From Tubiluchus corallicola (taxonomy: Eukaryota > Animalia > Priapulida), in contig JAQGDQ010000338.1 of the NCBI GenBank assembly GCA_030141605.1, positions 186,001 through 250,000 of the forward strand: a DNA stretch of 64,000 bases, written 5' to 3'. The notes beneath the pieces were generated by a model that saw only the letters and a list, made by a program, of their open reading frames with translations, searched no databases and was not told the DNA's origin. The position numbers were made by a program, and so were the translations under genes. Below are positions 24,975-36,757 of this stretch, one piece after another; the stretch's first letter is position 1, and each line of letters opens with the position of its first letter.

Positions 24975-25255
24975 TATATAGGTTAAAATGTATGAGAGGT
25001 TTGTATATATTACGTCTCGTATACAAAAGGTTGGAGTGCTGGAATTCATTGATAGTCTATTGGAGTCTATTGATTGTCTAAATCGCTTATCACCGTTGAT
25101 TTACATCCTGTGCAGTTCCAATTTAAAAACTCAGGAGTGGTCAAGAGTGACCAATAAGTGATCTCCAATAGACTATCAATGAATTCCAGCACTCAAACCT
25201 TTTGTACACGAAACGTAATATATATAAACCTCTCATACATATAAACCTATATATA
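24975..25255. mobile_element. Foldback/MITE with ~90-bp inverted arms
   Basis: ATGTATGAGAGGTTT...GAGTGCTGGAATTCATTGATAGTCTATTGGAG is mirrored by CTCCAATAGACTATCAATGAATTCCAGCACTC...AAACCTCTCATACAT; flanked by TA runs. Confidence 0.75.
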
Positions 25256-25837
25256 TATATATTTCGTTTACCTGGTTAACTGGAGGGTGAGGCCCCGGGG
25301 AAGTATCCCCACTCCCCCCCTCGCCCTTGAAATAGGGCCTGGAATTATTAATAGTAATAGTAGTAGTAAATCCACTCAAAATAAATAAAGTTTATATATT
25401 AAACTCTGTCAGTTCCGGGTTTAAACATTTTCAACTGAAACTAGTTGTTAACAAGTGTTTGTTTGCCATGACGTCATAGTCGGGATTTTTTAGTGACACG
25501 TGTTTTTACGAGCGCCGTCTATCGGTGAACAGGTCATTAAAATTTGTTTTATCTTGGTTTTATTGCCATTTTGACATCAGATAACAGTTCTCCAAATCGC
25601 TGGGCTTTTCCTCCATTTTTTCTTCTGCAAATCTTTGGTATATTTAGTTATGACTGAAGGAAACTGAAAGGACGAAAAGGGAAAGAAAAAGAAAAACCAT
25701 GTAGAAAAGAAAGAAAAAAGGCGAAAGATAAAACTGCTTAAAAGTAAGAATTATAAAGAACAAAAGAAAAAAATAGAATGAAAAAGAACTGCTCCGGGGA
25801 TCTTTATCGGTTCCTTCCATTGATCACGAACACAAGG

Positions 25838-25910
25838 GACAGTGTGGTATAATGACCAGGTTAACATACTTTGTAATCCAAAGGTTGCTGGTTCAAATCC
25901 AGGCTCTGTC
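25838..25910 (+). pseudogene. Degenerate tRNA-like sequence (tRNA pseudogene or tRNA-SINE head)
   Basis: 73 nt with GACAG...CTGTC ends, A-box-like TGGTATAATG, T-arm CTGGTTCAAATCCAG (B box). D and anticodon arms imperfect. Confidence 0.45.
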
Positions 25911-26588
25911 TCAACTTCTTTCACATTTCCGCCTGCAAAGGTAAAGTTCGTTTTCAAAAACCCAGTTCTTACAAGTTTATTCCATTATTAAACTCTTCTA
26001 CTCAACGAGTTACTGCCACAGCCACAGAAGACGGGTTCGCAAATAACAAATGGCTTCATCAGTTGCGCATCAGCAAAAGAGTGTTCTTGCGCTGATAAGA
26101 AGCCACCATGCAATTGTCTCAGCGTGAAGCCTCGGTGCGTACGCTGAATTCAGTACTGATTACCACGTCGGAACGTAAACAACTGACCAATTAGGTACGT
26201 GAGAGAAGACCTCAGCTCACTGAGTGGGCCAGTGCAACGTGCAAGGACACTCATGGCGAAATCACACGGCTCATAGGTGAGACCACGGCTCAGTGATAAG
26301 ACCATTTCAAATTGAAAGTGACCGCAGCTAAGTGGGTGAGATTACGTGAGACAATAGTAAACTTAGTAATACTATAGTGGGTGAGATTAAAGCTTGTGTG
26401 ACGTCACAGGTCAGAGGTTGAGGCAAACTGGTTGTTGAAAAAGCTCAACGGGTGTATGAACGGTCACCCCCACTCCCACCCCACCCTCGTAGATGCAAAA
26501 CAAGCTGCAAGAGACCACGGCAGTGGAGAGATCATAGCAATCTTGGTAAGAACTTTGCACGAATTCGCGGATAGGACACTTGGGAAAG

Positions 26589-27114
26589 CTTCAACAGTGA
26601 ATGAAAAACTAAACAAGTGTATGAGCGCTGAACTTCAACATTGAATGAAAAACTAAAGAAGTGCATGAGCACTGAACTTCAACATTGAATGAAAAACTAA
26701 AGAAGTGCATGAGCACTGAACTTCAACAGTGAATGAAAAACTAAAAAAGTGCATGAGCGCTGAACTTCAACAGTGAATGAAAAACTAAAAAAGTGCACGA
26801 GCGCTGAACTTCAACAGTGAATGAAAAACTAAACAAGTGCATGAGCGCTGAACTTCAACAGTGAATGAAAAACTAAACAAGTGCATGAGCGCTGAACTTC
26901 AACAGTGAATGAAAAACTAAAGAAATGCATGAGCGCTGAACTTCAACAGTGAATGAAAAACTAAACAAGTGCACGAGCGCTGAACTTCAACAGTGAATGA
27001 AAAACTAAACAAGTGCATGAGTGCTGAACTTCAACAGTGAATGAAAAACTAAACAAGTTCATGAGCGCTGAACTTCAACAGTGAACGAAAAACTAAACAA
27101 GTTCATGAGCGCTG
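26589..27114. repeat. 44-bp minisatellite, ~12 units, ending just before the two-TM ORF
   Basis: Unit TGAATGAAAAACTAAACAAGTGCATGAGCGCTGAACTTCAACAG; period 44 (26641, 26685). Confidence 0.95.
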
Positions 27115-27136
27115 ATGCCCAGAGGGTGAGACTATC

Positions 27137-27957
27137 ATGCAAGTGGGAATCCGTGTCGAACGTCGAAACGCCCATCAAGTGTTTCAATACGAAATCGAAG
27201 CGGAAAAAGAAAGGACAATCCGGCGACTCTTTCGTTTGAGAAAGAAGGCCAAACAGACTCCAGAATTGCTGAAGTATCATCGTCTAGCAGGCTATGTTCT
27301 GGTACCTTCAATGATGATGTTATGCTCAGGTATTGTCATATCATTCCTTGCTTTCATAAGCAATGATTTAAAGTGTAGAAACCAGGTGTGCGAGGTGCTG
27401 GGCATCTCCCTTTCATTTCTGGGTGCCTTCTTCTGCGGTGCTGCTTATTTTATCTACAAGTACAAGGACACGGGTAAGTTTAGACGTCCGCGCAGCCACG
27501 AACAATTGTACCATGACCGGAAGTCCGCAAGCTTGCCTAACGTTCACACGTCCACCGGTTACCATCACGAACTGGTGCCGGAGACGTCACTAGAACCGGA
27601 AAGCCGGTTGCGGTCTTACAGCGCCAGTGTGAACCATACTGAATATCGACAGAGGGCGGGTCGGTCGCCTCAGTTGAGACCCATTAAGGAAAACGTTGAG
27701 CTTTCTCACAGTATTAACGAAATCTCGCAGGCCGCTGATGAGTCCAAAAGGACGCCTGTCCGGCGGTCACCGAGTCCCATTCCATCGGTCAAAGTTTTGC
27801 CTCCATGTGATATCTACAGGCACAGATTGTCCACTTTCAGCGGAAAGAGAACTGAGTTTCCTGAACATTACACCGGGCGCGCAAGAGCGGCAACCTTGAG
27901 CCACAGAAAAGAAAATGGCTACCGAAAATGTCCGACGTCGCCTAGACACCTAAATAA
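27137..27957 (+). CDS. Two-transmembrane protein, first coding exon (TMEM100/PIRT-like topology)
   Basis: Non-repetitive, GC-richer 274-codon ORF with two hydrophobic helices (GYVLVPSMMMLCSGIVISFLAFI; VLGISLSFLGAFFCGAAYFIY), basic flanks and an S/R/P-rich tail. The apparent stop overlaps a GTAAGT donor at 27958. Confidence 0.8.
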
Positions 27958-28129
27958 GTAAGTATTGCTTAAACACATTTAAAACAACAATGACGTACTG
28001 TAGTTTCTTAAGTGTTTCACAAGCATAATCACAATATCATGTATTTTATTTGTGTGAGATCGTGCGCACACGTGCGTGCGTGCGCGCGTGCGTGTGTGTG
28101 TGCGTGCGTGTGTGCGCGTGTGGTTACAG

Positions 28130-28480
28130 GTTAAACAAATCAGGTCCCTATCAGCATTTAAAACAAAATTAAAATCACTAATATTAACCAGATATGAAAA
28201 ACCATCACACCAGTACGACAACATACACACTAATTCAGAATTCATATATCCACGGCCATATTAATTAAATCATAATTTTTTTCATTTTTTGTGCATAGTT
28301 GTAAATATGTTTGATTTTATTCGTCGTTACTTTCCATTACTGCACAGTAGTTTAGATTGCACTGACGCATTTGCCTTGAGCAGTGTAAGTTTTTATTAAC
28401 TAACACTGATTGATCATCTCTGTAAAGTTTTTATCACTGATTATCAATGTATTTTAATGGCAAATAAAGATTATTATATA
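28130..28480 (+). mobile_element. Short L2-like LINE 3' end related to the 10205-10990 family
   Basis: Translates KQIRSLSAFKTKLK...YPRP; 3' UTR GCACTGACGCATTTGCCTTGAGCAGTG and ATTTTAATGGCAAATAAAG resemble the other copies. Confidence 0.55.
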
Positions 28481-30187
28481 TATATATAGTTTCTTGATAA
28501 TACACGCTGACACGCTGACGATTTTTCAGCAGTTTCTTTCACAACTGCTACGTTTATAAATTCCTTTTTTCTGGTAGCTAAGATGCTTGCTGATTTTGTA
28601 CCTGAGCGATTGATTACTATATTAAACTGTAGCGGGTGCATAGGCCCCTTTTTGGCTTTAATTTAGTTCTCAATTACTGCCACAGTGCTGCCACCTGTTT
28701 GTTTATTTAGTAGACTTTTTACCTTTTTCAGTAGCGACGCTTTTAAAATTGAAGCACCTAATATTCTTGAATACATTAGCATTTTGGTCTTTCGTGAGCT
28801 ATAGCTGTAGTAGTTGTATGACATTTTACCCGTCTTTTGGTTCTCTCCGCCATTGCTCTGTTTTCTGACTGTGATGAGCATTATGACTGTGAATTTCTTA
28901 CGAATTTATTGTTGTGGCATTGTTGTTCTTAAGGCAACTTGGAGTTCTCATTCCTGTCTTTGTAACTGTTAAAGGCTCTAACAACGTAAGTTATTGTTAA
29001 TTAATTTCAATATAGTTTACATAATTTTTATATCAGTACTTAGTTATAGCAATATATTTAATCATGCAACTAATTTTCTTCTATTCAGTGCAAGTTAAAC
29101 TAAATGTTAATAATTGTCTTTCAGGATAAAGAAACTTTTGGTCAACATGTTAAACTGGTGTTTTGTATCCATTTCAAAACCTTCAGTAGCACTATGACAT
29201 TGAAATATAGTCAAACTAGGTTTATTTGAATTCTCCTTTCGACAGACTTCCTGTCGGGACGTCATTTCCGTCATCTCTCAATCGACATTCTCATAAAAAC
29301 GTAAATTTTGAAATTTTACGAGAATGTTCAAATATATCCGCAGAGATTGCTATCCAAATTGAACTAAATTGCACGATAAGTGTATGAAAGCAAAATGTTA
29401 TCTTGACTCCGGCCTGTCCTTTTGATAATCCCATTATACAGCGACGTTAAGTCGGAAGAAAAAGCCTAAATGGATTTGGCATTATTGGCACACTATATAT
29501 ATGTAACATCCCATCTCACTTCCCAGCTAAAAGCGTGGAAATCGAACGTTGACTTTGATGAAGCTCCGTCAGCTTAGCGAATTCTGTGAAGCTGCAGTGT
29601 TAACCATTGATTCCAACGAATCCTCGAGCTGATCTGCAATTTTTGGTTTTCTTTTTTTTTCGTTTCGCAATAAGCCTTTTCACAGCTTCGTTGTGCGCAC
29701 GCGCTGTTGCTGCAGGTCAAAGGTTAACTGTACCACTGCAACGCGTCCTAACTACAACCGTCACTTGGCAAATCTGCTGCATCAGTTGGTTTACGTGGAC
29801 TTTACGCACAGACTAATTACGCATTAGTCTGTGCGTAGAGTAATTTACTAGCAGAATCTTACTTGGGAACAAGAAAAAAGGAATACGTAAGGTCCTAGCT
29901 AGCTGTTAAAAATTTTGTTATTACAATAATATGGGCTGCGAGGCGTTGTCAAGTGTACACAAATGAGTTGTCTGGTACACTTAACCTTTGACCTTTTCAA
30001 GATCATCATCATTTGCTGGAACTGTGAAGAGACTTACTTATCTGCATTTAACCTTGATCAAAAAAAATGTGCTCGCTTGATTCAAGATTTATGATTGAAG
30101 ATTTAAGATTGCTTATTTCGCATCAACACAAATACAACTGGTATATTAAAAAAAATTCAACAAGAAATTTAATACTCAATAAGAAGT

Positions 30188-32472
30188 ATTTTACCCACGC
30201 AGCTCATTGTCCAACTTACAATATCAGACATCGTTTTTACCCATGCAGCTCATTGTCCAACTCACAATATCAGACATTGTTTTTACCCTTGCAGCTCATT
30301 GTCCAACTTACAATATCAGACATCGTTTTTACCCACTCGGCTCACTGTCCAACTTACAATATCAGACATCGTTTTTACCCTTGCAGCTCATTGTCCAACT
30401 TACAATATCAGACATCGTTTTTACCCACTCGGCTCACTGTCCAACTTACAATATCAGACATCGTTTTTACCCACGCAGCTCATTGTCCAACTTACAATAT
30501 CAGACATCGTTTTTACCCACGCAGCTCATTGTCCAACTTACAACATCAGACATCGTTTTTGCCTATGCAGCTCATTGTCCAACTTACAATATCAGACATC
30601 GTTTTTACCCATGCAGCTCATTGTCCAACTTACAATATCAGACATCGTTTTTACCCACGCAGCTCATTGTCCAACTCACAATATCAGGCATCGTTTTTAC
30701 CCATGCAGCGCATTGTCCAACTCACAATATCAGACATCGTTTTTACCCATGCAGCTCATTGTCCAACTTACAATATCAGACATCGTATTTACCCATGCAG
30801 CTCATTGTCCAACTCACAATATCAGACGTTGTTTTTACCCTTGCAGCTCATTGTCCAACTTACAATATCAGACATCGTTTTTACCCACTCGGCTCACTGT
30901 CCAACTTACAATATCAGACATCGTTTTTACCCTTGCAGCTCATTGTCCAACTTACAATATCAGACATCGTTTTTACCCACTCGGCTCACTGTCCAACTTA
31001 CAATATCAGACATCGTTTTTACCCACGCAGCTCATTGTCCAACTTACAATATCAGACATCGTTTTTACCCACGCAGCTCATTGTCCAACTTACAACATCA
31101 GACATCGTTTTTACCCATGCAGCTCATTGTCCAACTTACAATATCAGACATCGTTTTTACCCATGCAGCTCATTGTCCAACTTACAATATCAGACATCGT
31201 TTTTACCCACGCAGCTCATTGTCCAACTTACAATATCAGACATCGTTTTTACCCATGCAGCTCATTGTCCACCTTACAATATCAGACATCGTTTTTACCC
31301 ATGCAGCTCATTGTCCAACTTACAATATCAGACATCGTTTTTACCCATGCAGCTCATTGTCCAACTCACAATATCAGACATTGTTTTTACCCTTGCAGCT
31401 CATTGTCCAACTTACAATATCAGACATCGTTTTTACCCTTGCAGCTCATTGTCCAACTTACAATATCAGACATCGTTTTTACCCACGCAGCTCATTGTCC
31501 AACTTACAATATCAGACATCGTTTTTACCCATGCAGCTCATTGTCCAACTAACAATATCAGACATCGTTTTTACCCACTCGGCTCACTGTCCAACTTACA
31601 ATATCAGACATCGTTTTTACCTTTGCAGCTCATTGTCCAACTTACAATATCAGACATCGTTTTTACCCACGCAGCTCATTGTCCAACTTACAATATCAGA
31701 CATCGTTTTTACCCATGCAGCTCATTGTCCAACTAATAATATCAGACATTGTTTTTACCACTTGCAGCGCATTGTCCAACTAATAATATGAGACATCATT
31801 TTTACCACTTGCAGCGCATTGTCCAACTAATAATATCAGACATCGTTTTTACCCACGCAGCTCATTGTCCAACTTACAATATCAGACATCGTTTTTACCC
31901 ATCCAGCTCATTGTCAAACTTACAATATCAGACATCGTTTTTACCACTTGCAGCTCATTGTCCACCTTACAATATCAGACATCGTTTTTACCCTTGCAGC
32001 TCATTGTCCAACTTACAATATCAGACATCGTTTTTACCCATGCAGCTCATTGTCCAACTTACAATATCAGACATCGTTTTTACCCATGCAGCTCATTGTC
32101 CAACTTACAATATCAGACATCGTTTTTACCACTTGCAGCGCATTGTCCAGCTAACAATATCAGACATCGTTTTTTCCACTTGCAGCGCATTGTCCAACTT
32201 ACAATATCAGACATCGTTTTTACCCATGCAGCTCATTGTCCAACTTACAATATCAGACATCGTTTTTACCCATGCAGCTCATTGTCAAACTTACAATATC
32301 AGACATCGTTTTTACCACTTGCAGCGCATTGTCCAGCTAACAATATCAGACATCGTTTTTTCCACTTGCAGCGCATTGTCCAACTTACAATATCAGACAT
32401 CGTTTTTACCCATGCAGCTCATTGTCCAACTAACAATATCTGACATTGTTTTTACCCATGCAGCGCATTGCA
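30188..32472. repeat. 46-bp satellite, ~49 units, with 48-bp variants at the right end
   Basis: Unit TTTTACCCATGCAGCTCATTGTCCAACTTACAATATCAGACATCGT; period 46. Confidence 0.97.
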
Positions 32473-32906
32473 TTTTAGTATCAAACAAAAATGGGTTTCA
32501 TGGCATTTAACCAACGCAGTTTCACAAATTTCAATTTAATATCGGTTTTATTGCATTCACAAAGAGTTTACAGCAGCTTTACGTAGCTCGTTCTCCACAG
32601 TTGCTACACTCGTTTTATTGAGTGTATTAACTCGTTCCCGATGAAATATACTGGTAATCGCTAATAATTAAATAATTACAACAAAGTTATCAGCGCGTGC
32701 ATCAGCCAGTCAGCGCCACGAAGCTCTCCAGTTATAAACGGCGTGTCTCCCCAGTCAATGGCGTCGTACTGTTCAATTATGAACTGCGAACATCTTAAAT
32801 TATGAACAAAATAAATAAAAAACAAACAAAAGAAGCTGGTTGTCCCGGGTTATGGGTAACTCGTACATGTGGAGCCCCTATAAGCTCGAACATCCAAATT
32901 TTTTTA

Positions 32907-33985
32907 GCTCGTTCTCTCCAGTTATTAACTTGTTCTCCCCAGTTATTAACTTGTTCTCCCCAGTTATTAACTTGTTCTCCCCAGTTATTAACTCGTTCTC
33001 CCCAGTTATTAACTCGTTCTCCCCAGTTATTAACTCGTTCTCCCCAGTTATTAACTCTTTCTCCCCAGTTATTAACTTGTTCTCCCCAGTTATTAACTTG
33101 TTCTCCCCAGTTATTAACTCGTTCTCCCCAGTTATTAACTTGTTCTCCCCAGTTATTAACTTGTTCTCCCCAGTTATTAACCCGTTCTCCCCAGTTATTA
33201 ACTTGTTCTCCCCAGTTATTAACTCGTTCTCCCCAGTTATTAACTCGTTCTCCCCAGTTATTAACTTGTTCTCCCCAGTTATTAACTTGTTCTCCCCAGT
33301 TATTAACTTGTTCTCCCCAGTTATTAACTTGTTCTCCCCAGTTATTAACTCGTTCTCCCCAGTTATTAACTTGTTCTCCCCAGTTATTAACTCGTTCTCC
33401 CCAGTTATTAACTCGTTCTCCCCAGTTATTAACTCGTTCTCCCCAGTTATTAACTCGTTCTCCCCAGTTATTAACTCGTTCTCCCCAGTTATTAAGCTTG
33501 TTCTCCCCAGTTATTAACTCGTTCTCCCCAGTTATTAACTCGTTCTCCCCAGTTATTAACTCGTTCTCCCGAGCTATTAACTCGTTCTCCCCAGTTATTA
33601 ACTCGTTCTTCCCAGTTATTAACTCGTTCTCCCCAGTTATTAACTCGTTCTCCCCAGTTATTAACTCGTTCTCCCCAGTTATTAACTCGTTTTCCCGAGC
33701 TATTAACTCGTTCTCCCCAGTTATTAACTCGTTCTCCCCAGTTATTAACTCGTTCTCCCCAGTTATTAACTCGTTCTCCCCAGGTATTAACTCGTTTTCG
33801 CCGAGCTATTAACTCGTTCTCCCCAGTTATTAACTCGTTCTACCCAGTTATTAACTCGTTCTCCCCAGTTGTTAACTCGTTCTCCCGAGCTATTAACTCG
33901 TTCCCCCGAGTTACTAAGTCGCTCCACAAGGTTGTTAACTCGTTCCCCCGAGTTACTAAGTCCTTCTCCCCAGTTATTAACTGTG
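32907..33985. repeat. 21-bp minisatellite (CTCGTTCTCCCCAGTTATTAA), ~50 units
   Basis: Seen directly. Confidence 0.97.
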
Positions 33986-34016
33986 TTTTGAGACTTTTAA
34001 GAAGGAAAAATTACAA

Positions 34017-34377
34017 ACATCTCAAATTGTAAAAGATCTACTGTTTGTCTCAGATGTTTCTGGTGTAAGTTTCCAGTTAGAAAGTTATCCCATTTGTCTG
34101 GTCAGTCAGCAGGTAGCAACCGACAGTAGCAGGAAGTCGACGGCTCTTGGGAAGCAACCGAATATAACACTTTTAAAGTAATTGGGAAGCAATCCCTTAT
34201 GTGACAGTCAGTGCTTGTCGGGTGGTAAGCTGACCTCTTTACAGCGAGTGTTCGACTTCCTACCACATTCGTTGCTACCCACTGACTGACCAGACAAACT
34301 GGCTAACTTTCTAGATGCAAACTTACCTCAGAAGAATTCTGAAACAGACAGTAGACCTTTTACAATGTGAAATATTT
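34017..34377. mobile_element. Foldback/MITE with ~125-bp imperfect inverted arms
   Basis: ATTGTAAAAGATCTACTG...TAGAAAGTTA...TTTGTCTGGTCAGTCAG...AGGAAGTCGA is mirrored by TCGACTTCCT...CTGACTGACCAGACAAA...TAACTTTCTA...CAGTAGACCTTTTACAAT. Confidence 0.7.
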
Positions 34378-35231
34378 ATTTGCCTAGCGGACAAACCAAC
34401 CAATGAACTCCAGTGAATTACGGTTAATTAGCCATTGAATCCTGAGTGAATCAATCCTGATTAATCTTTTGACATTTCTATTGCAAAATGGATTTGCGCA
34501 TGCGCCAAGTGTAGGAGGTCATTACACGTACAACAAGCATCACAAACACCTTTGTTCATTACAAAGAAATAATCCAAAGCTTTGTACTATAATATTCCCC
34601 AAGCTACTCCATAAGATTACAAATAACCATGATGGGGAGGCGGCTGGCATGTCCGCTGCCTCCTTTGAAAACAACGTGAAAGGGCAATGACAGAAAAACG
34701 AAAACGGTTTTCTTTTCACTAACAACAGTAAAGCCTCTTGCGTCAGCCTGTAGCAGAAAAAAACATCAGCATAAATATTAGGTAAAGTGCTTATGACTGC
34801 GGCAACAACAATGATGACGACGTCGACAGTGACATCACTAGGAATACCCTCCTTTAAAAAGCTACTGTTTCTCATGCTTCTATCCCGGACAATTTTGGAA
34901 ACAGGATAATCACTTAAAGACTGACTTATGTTTTTTCCATCGGGCCACTTCTCTGCGAAACTTTTTCACCAAAATTTGGTCATTTACTTGCATCAAGAAA
35001 GTTATCAACAGATATTTCGTATCATCATCAAATCCGTTATAAACCGTATACTCGGTTTCTAACTACCCTCAATACCATGACAGGCCACTGACTTATTTTG
35101 GGGCAATGTGTAAACTGCAACTGGCTGCACTGTACGCCATACATGGGAATTTTTTTATTCACATAGGATTTAAGAGGGAATCGGGTCAAAGTCGTTAAAA
35201 GGTCACGTTCTTTAATGGTCAGTCTGTGTGC

Positions 35232-35733
35232 TTCTTCTTCTTCTTCCCAGCTTTTCCCTATGCGGGGTCACCGTTGTGAATAAGTTTTCTCCATGCATTC
35301 CTGTTGTTGACCATCTCTTCATTTATGTTCTTCTCTCTAAGGTCTCCGTTTATGCATTTTAACCATCTCAGCTTGCATCCCATATATTAGGGCGGGCCTG
35401 ACCACTACTTTGTGAACTTTACCTTTAAGTCTCGCTGGAATCCTCTTATCGCACATCACACCCGAAACTTTTCGCCAGTTATTCCAACCACACTGAATCC
35501 TGAAATTCACCTCCTTTTCCATTCCTGCAGTCTCATCTATCATTGAACCCAGATACTTAAACGTCTTTACTCTTTTCAACTGTGCCCCGTTCAATCTTAT
35601 TGTTTCTCGTTGATCCCCATTCATGTCTGTCGTAAGATACTCCGTTTTGGATCTACTAATCCTCATTCCTCTGCTCTCCAAAGCGGCTCTCCATGCTTCT
35701 AATTTTCCTTCCAGTGTTTCTCTACTCTCAGCC
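35232..35733 (-). mobile_element. RTE-clade LINE fragment, 5'-truncated and internally deleted, with 18-bp TSD
   Basis: ORF GMRISRSKTEY...FKYLGSMI...GWNNWRKVSGVMCDKRIPARLKGKVHKVVVRPALIYG; (GAA)n tail; TSD AATGGTCAGTCTGTGTGC at 35214-35231 and 35734-35751. Confidence 0.9.
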
Positions 35734-35857
35734 AATGGTCAGTCTGTGTGCAAATGAGACAAATGTTAGAATGAACTCAATGAGTTTGAAAAAAGATTTC
35801 AGGGTCAAAGAAGCTTAGCCATTTACATGATAAAGTGATTTAAAAGTACTGTCACTA

Positions 35858-36067
35858 TGACCTTGACCATGATTTTATCTTTGACGTTATCCTTGACGTT
35901 AACCTTGACTTGACCTTGACCATGATTTTATCATTGACTTGACCTTGAACATGATTTTAACCTTGACGTTAACCTTGACTTGACCTTGACCATGATTTTA
36001 TCCTTGACGTTAACCTTGACTTGACCTTGACCATGATTTTATCATTGACGTTAACCTTGACTTGACC
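35858..36067. repeat. TGACCT-rich imperfect minisatellite
   Basis: Repeated TGACCTTGACCATGATTTTATC.TTGACGTTAACCTTGACT. Confidence 0.85.
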
Positions 36068-36757
36068 TATGAGCCTAAGGTCTTATTTTGTGGGCCTTTC
36101 AAATATCTTCCATTACGTCACGAAAGTCAGTGAGGCCAAGTCAAACTCGTGAGTACGTAAGCAATACCAGAAGCAAGGAGTGATTAACCTTGGCATTCTT
36201 GACCTGGCCATGACCTTTAGCTTTAATGTTGAAAACTAGAGAAAATATGTGGGCGGAGCTACAGATGAGCTATCTTCACATTAATTTGACAAATTAACTG
36301 ATTATCATATACCTATAGCGGGCAGCGCTAGCAATGTGGGATATCTTCCTACTTGCTAGAGAAAGTCACCAACAGTTTTCACTGCGCTTATGCATTGCTG
36401 GCCCAACGTCCGAGGTTCCTGTCCAATATATTTTATTTATGTATTACAAGTTAACTTTATTAATTTCAAGTGAATTTACAGCCAATTCTTGTCCAATATA
36501 GACAACTGCATTCCTGCTTTGCTGAGATAATGGTATGTGTAGCAACTACATAATGAATCTCAAATCTAATTGAATCCCATTATAATGCGAAATCTCGAAA
36601 AAAGAGGGAAAATGCACAAATTTGCATTTACTGCACACCCTTAGTTACATTATTGTATTATTGCAAGCACGTGATATTGACAAAATTTCGCAGAATTCAT
36701 AATGCAACCGCAGCAGCAGCCTATAAAACCTCTTTCTTTCAAACCTTCTACATTTCT

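Noticed and set aside
23008-25341. A 2.3-kb composite hAT bounded by inverted CAG..CCTATTTCAAGGG ends
   Set aside because: Both are the same end of the family and the 8-bp flanks (CCTGGCTA vs GAATTATT) do not match; treated as two fragments.
25838-25910. Functional tRNA gene
   Set aside because: D-arm and anticodon arm do not form a canonical cloverleaf; tRNAscan-SE would settle it.
26589-27114. CRISPR-like appearance of this and other 20-74-bp arrays
   Set aside because: Head-to-tail units without unique spacers, no cas genes, eukaryotic context.
30067-32510. Long ORFs (574, 509, 417, 253 aa)
   Set aside because: The 46-bp unit is stop-free and not a multiple of 3, so all three plus frames cycle through the same peptide; a satellite artefact.
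32802-33812. 336-aa and 225-aa heptad-repeat ORFs
   Set aside because: 21-bp satellite with a frameshift at ~33496 that swaps the peptides.
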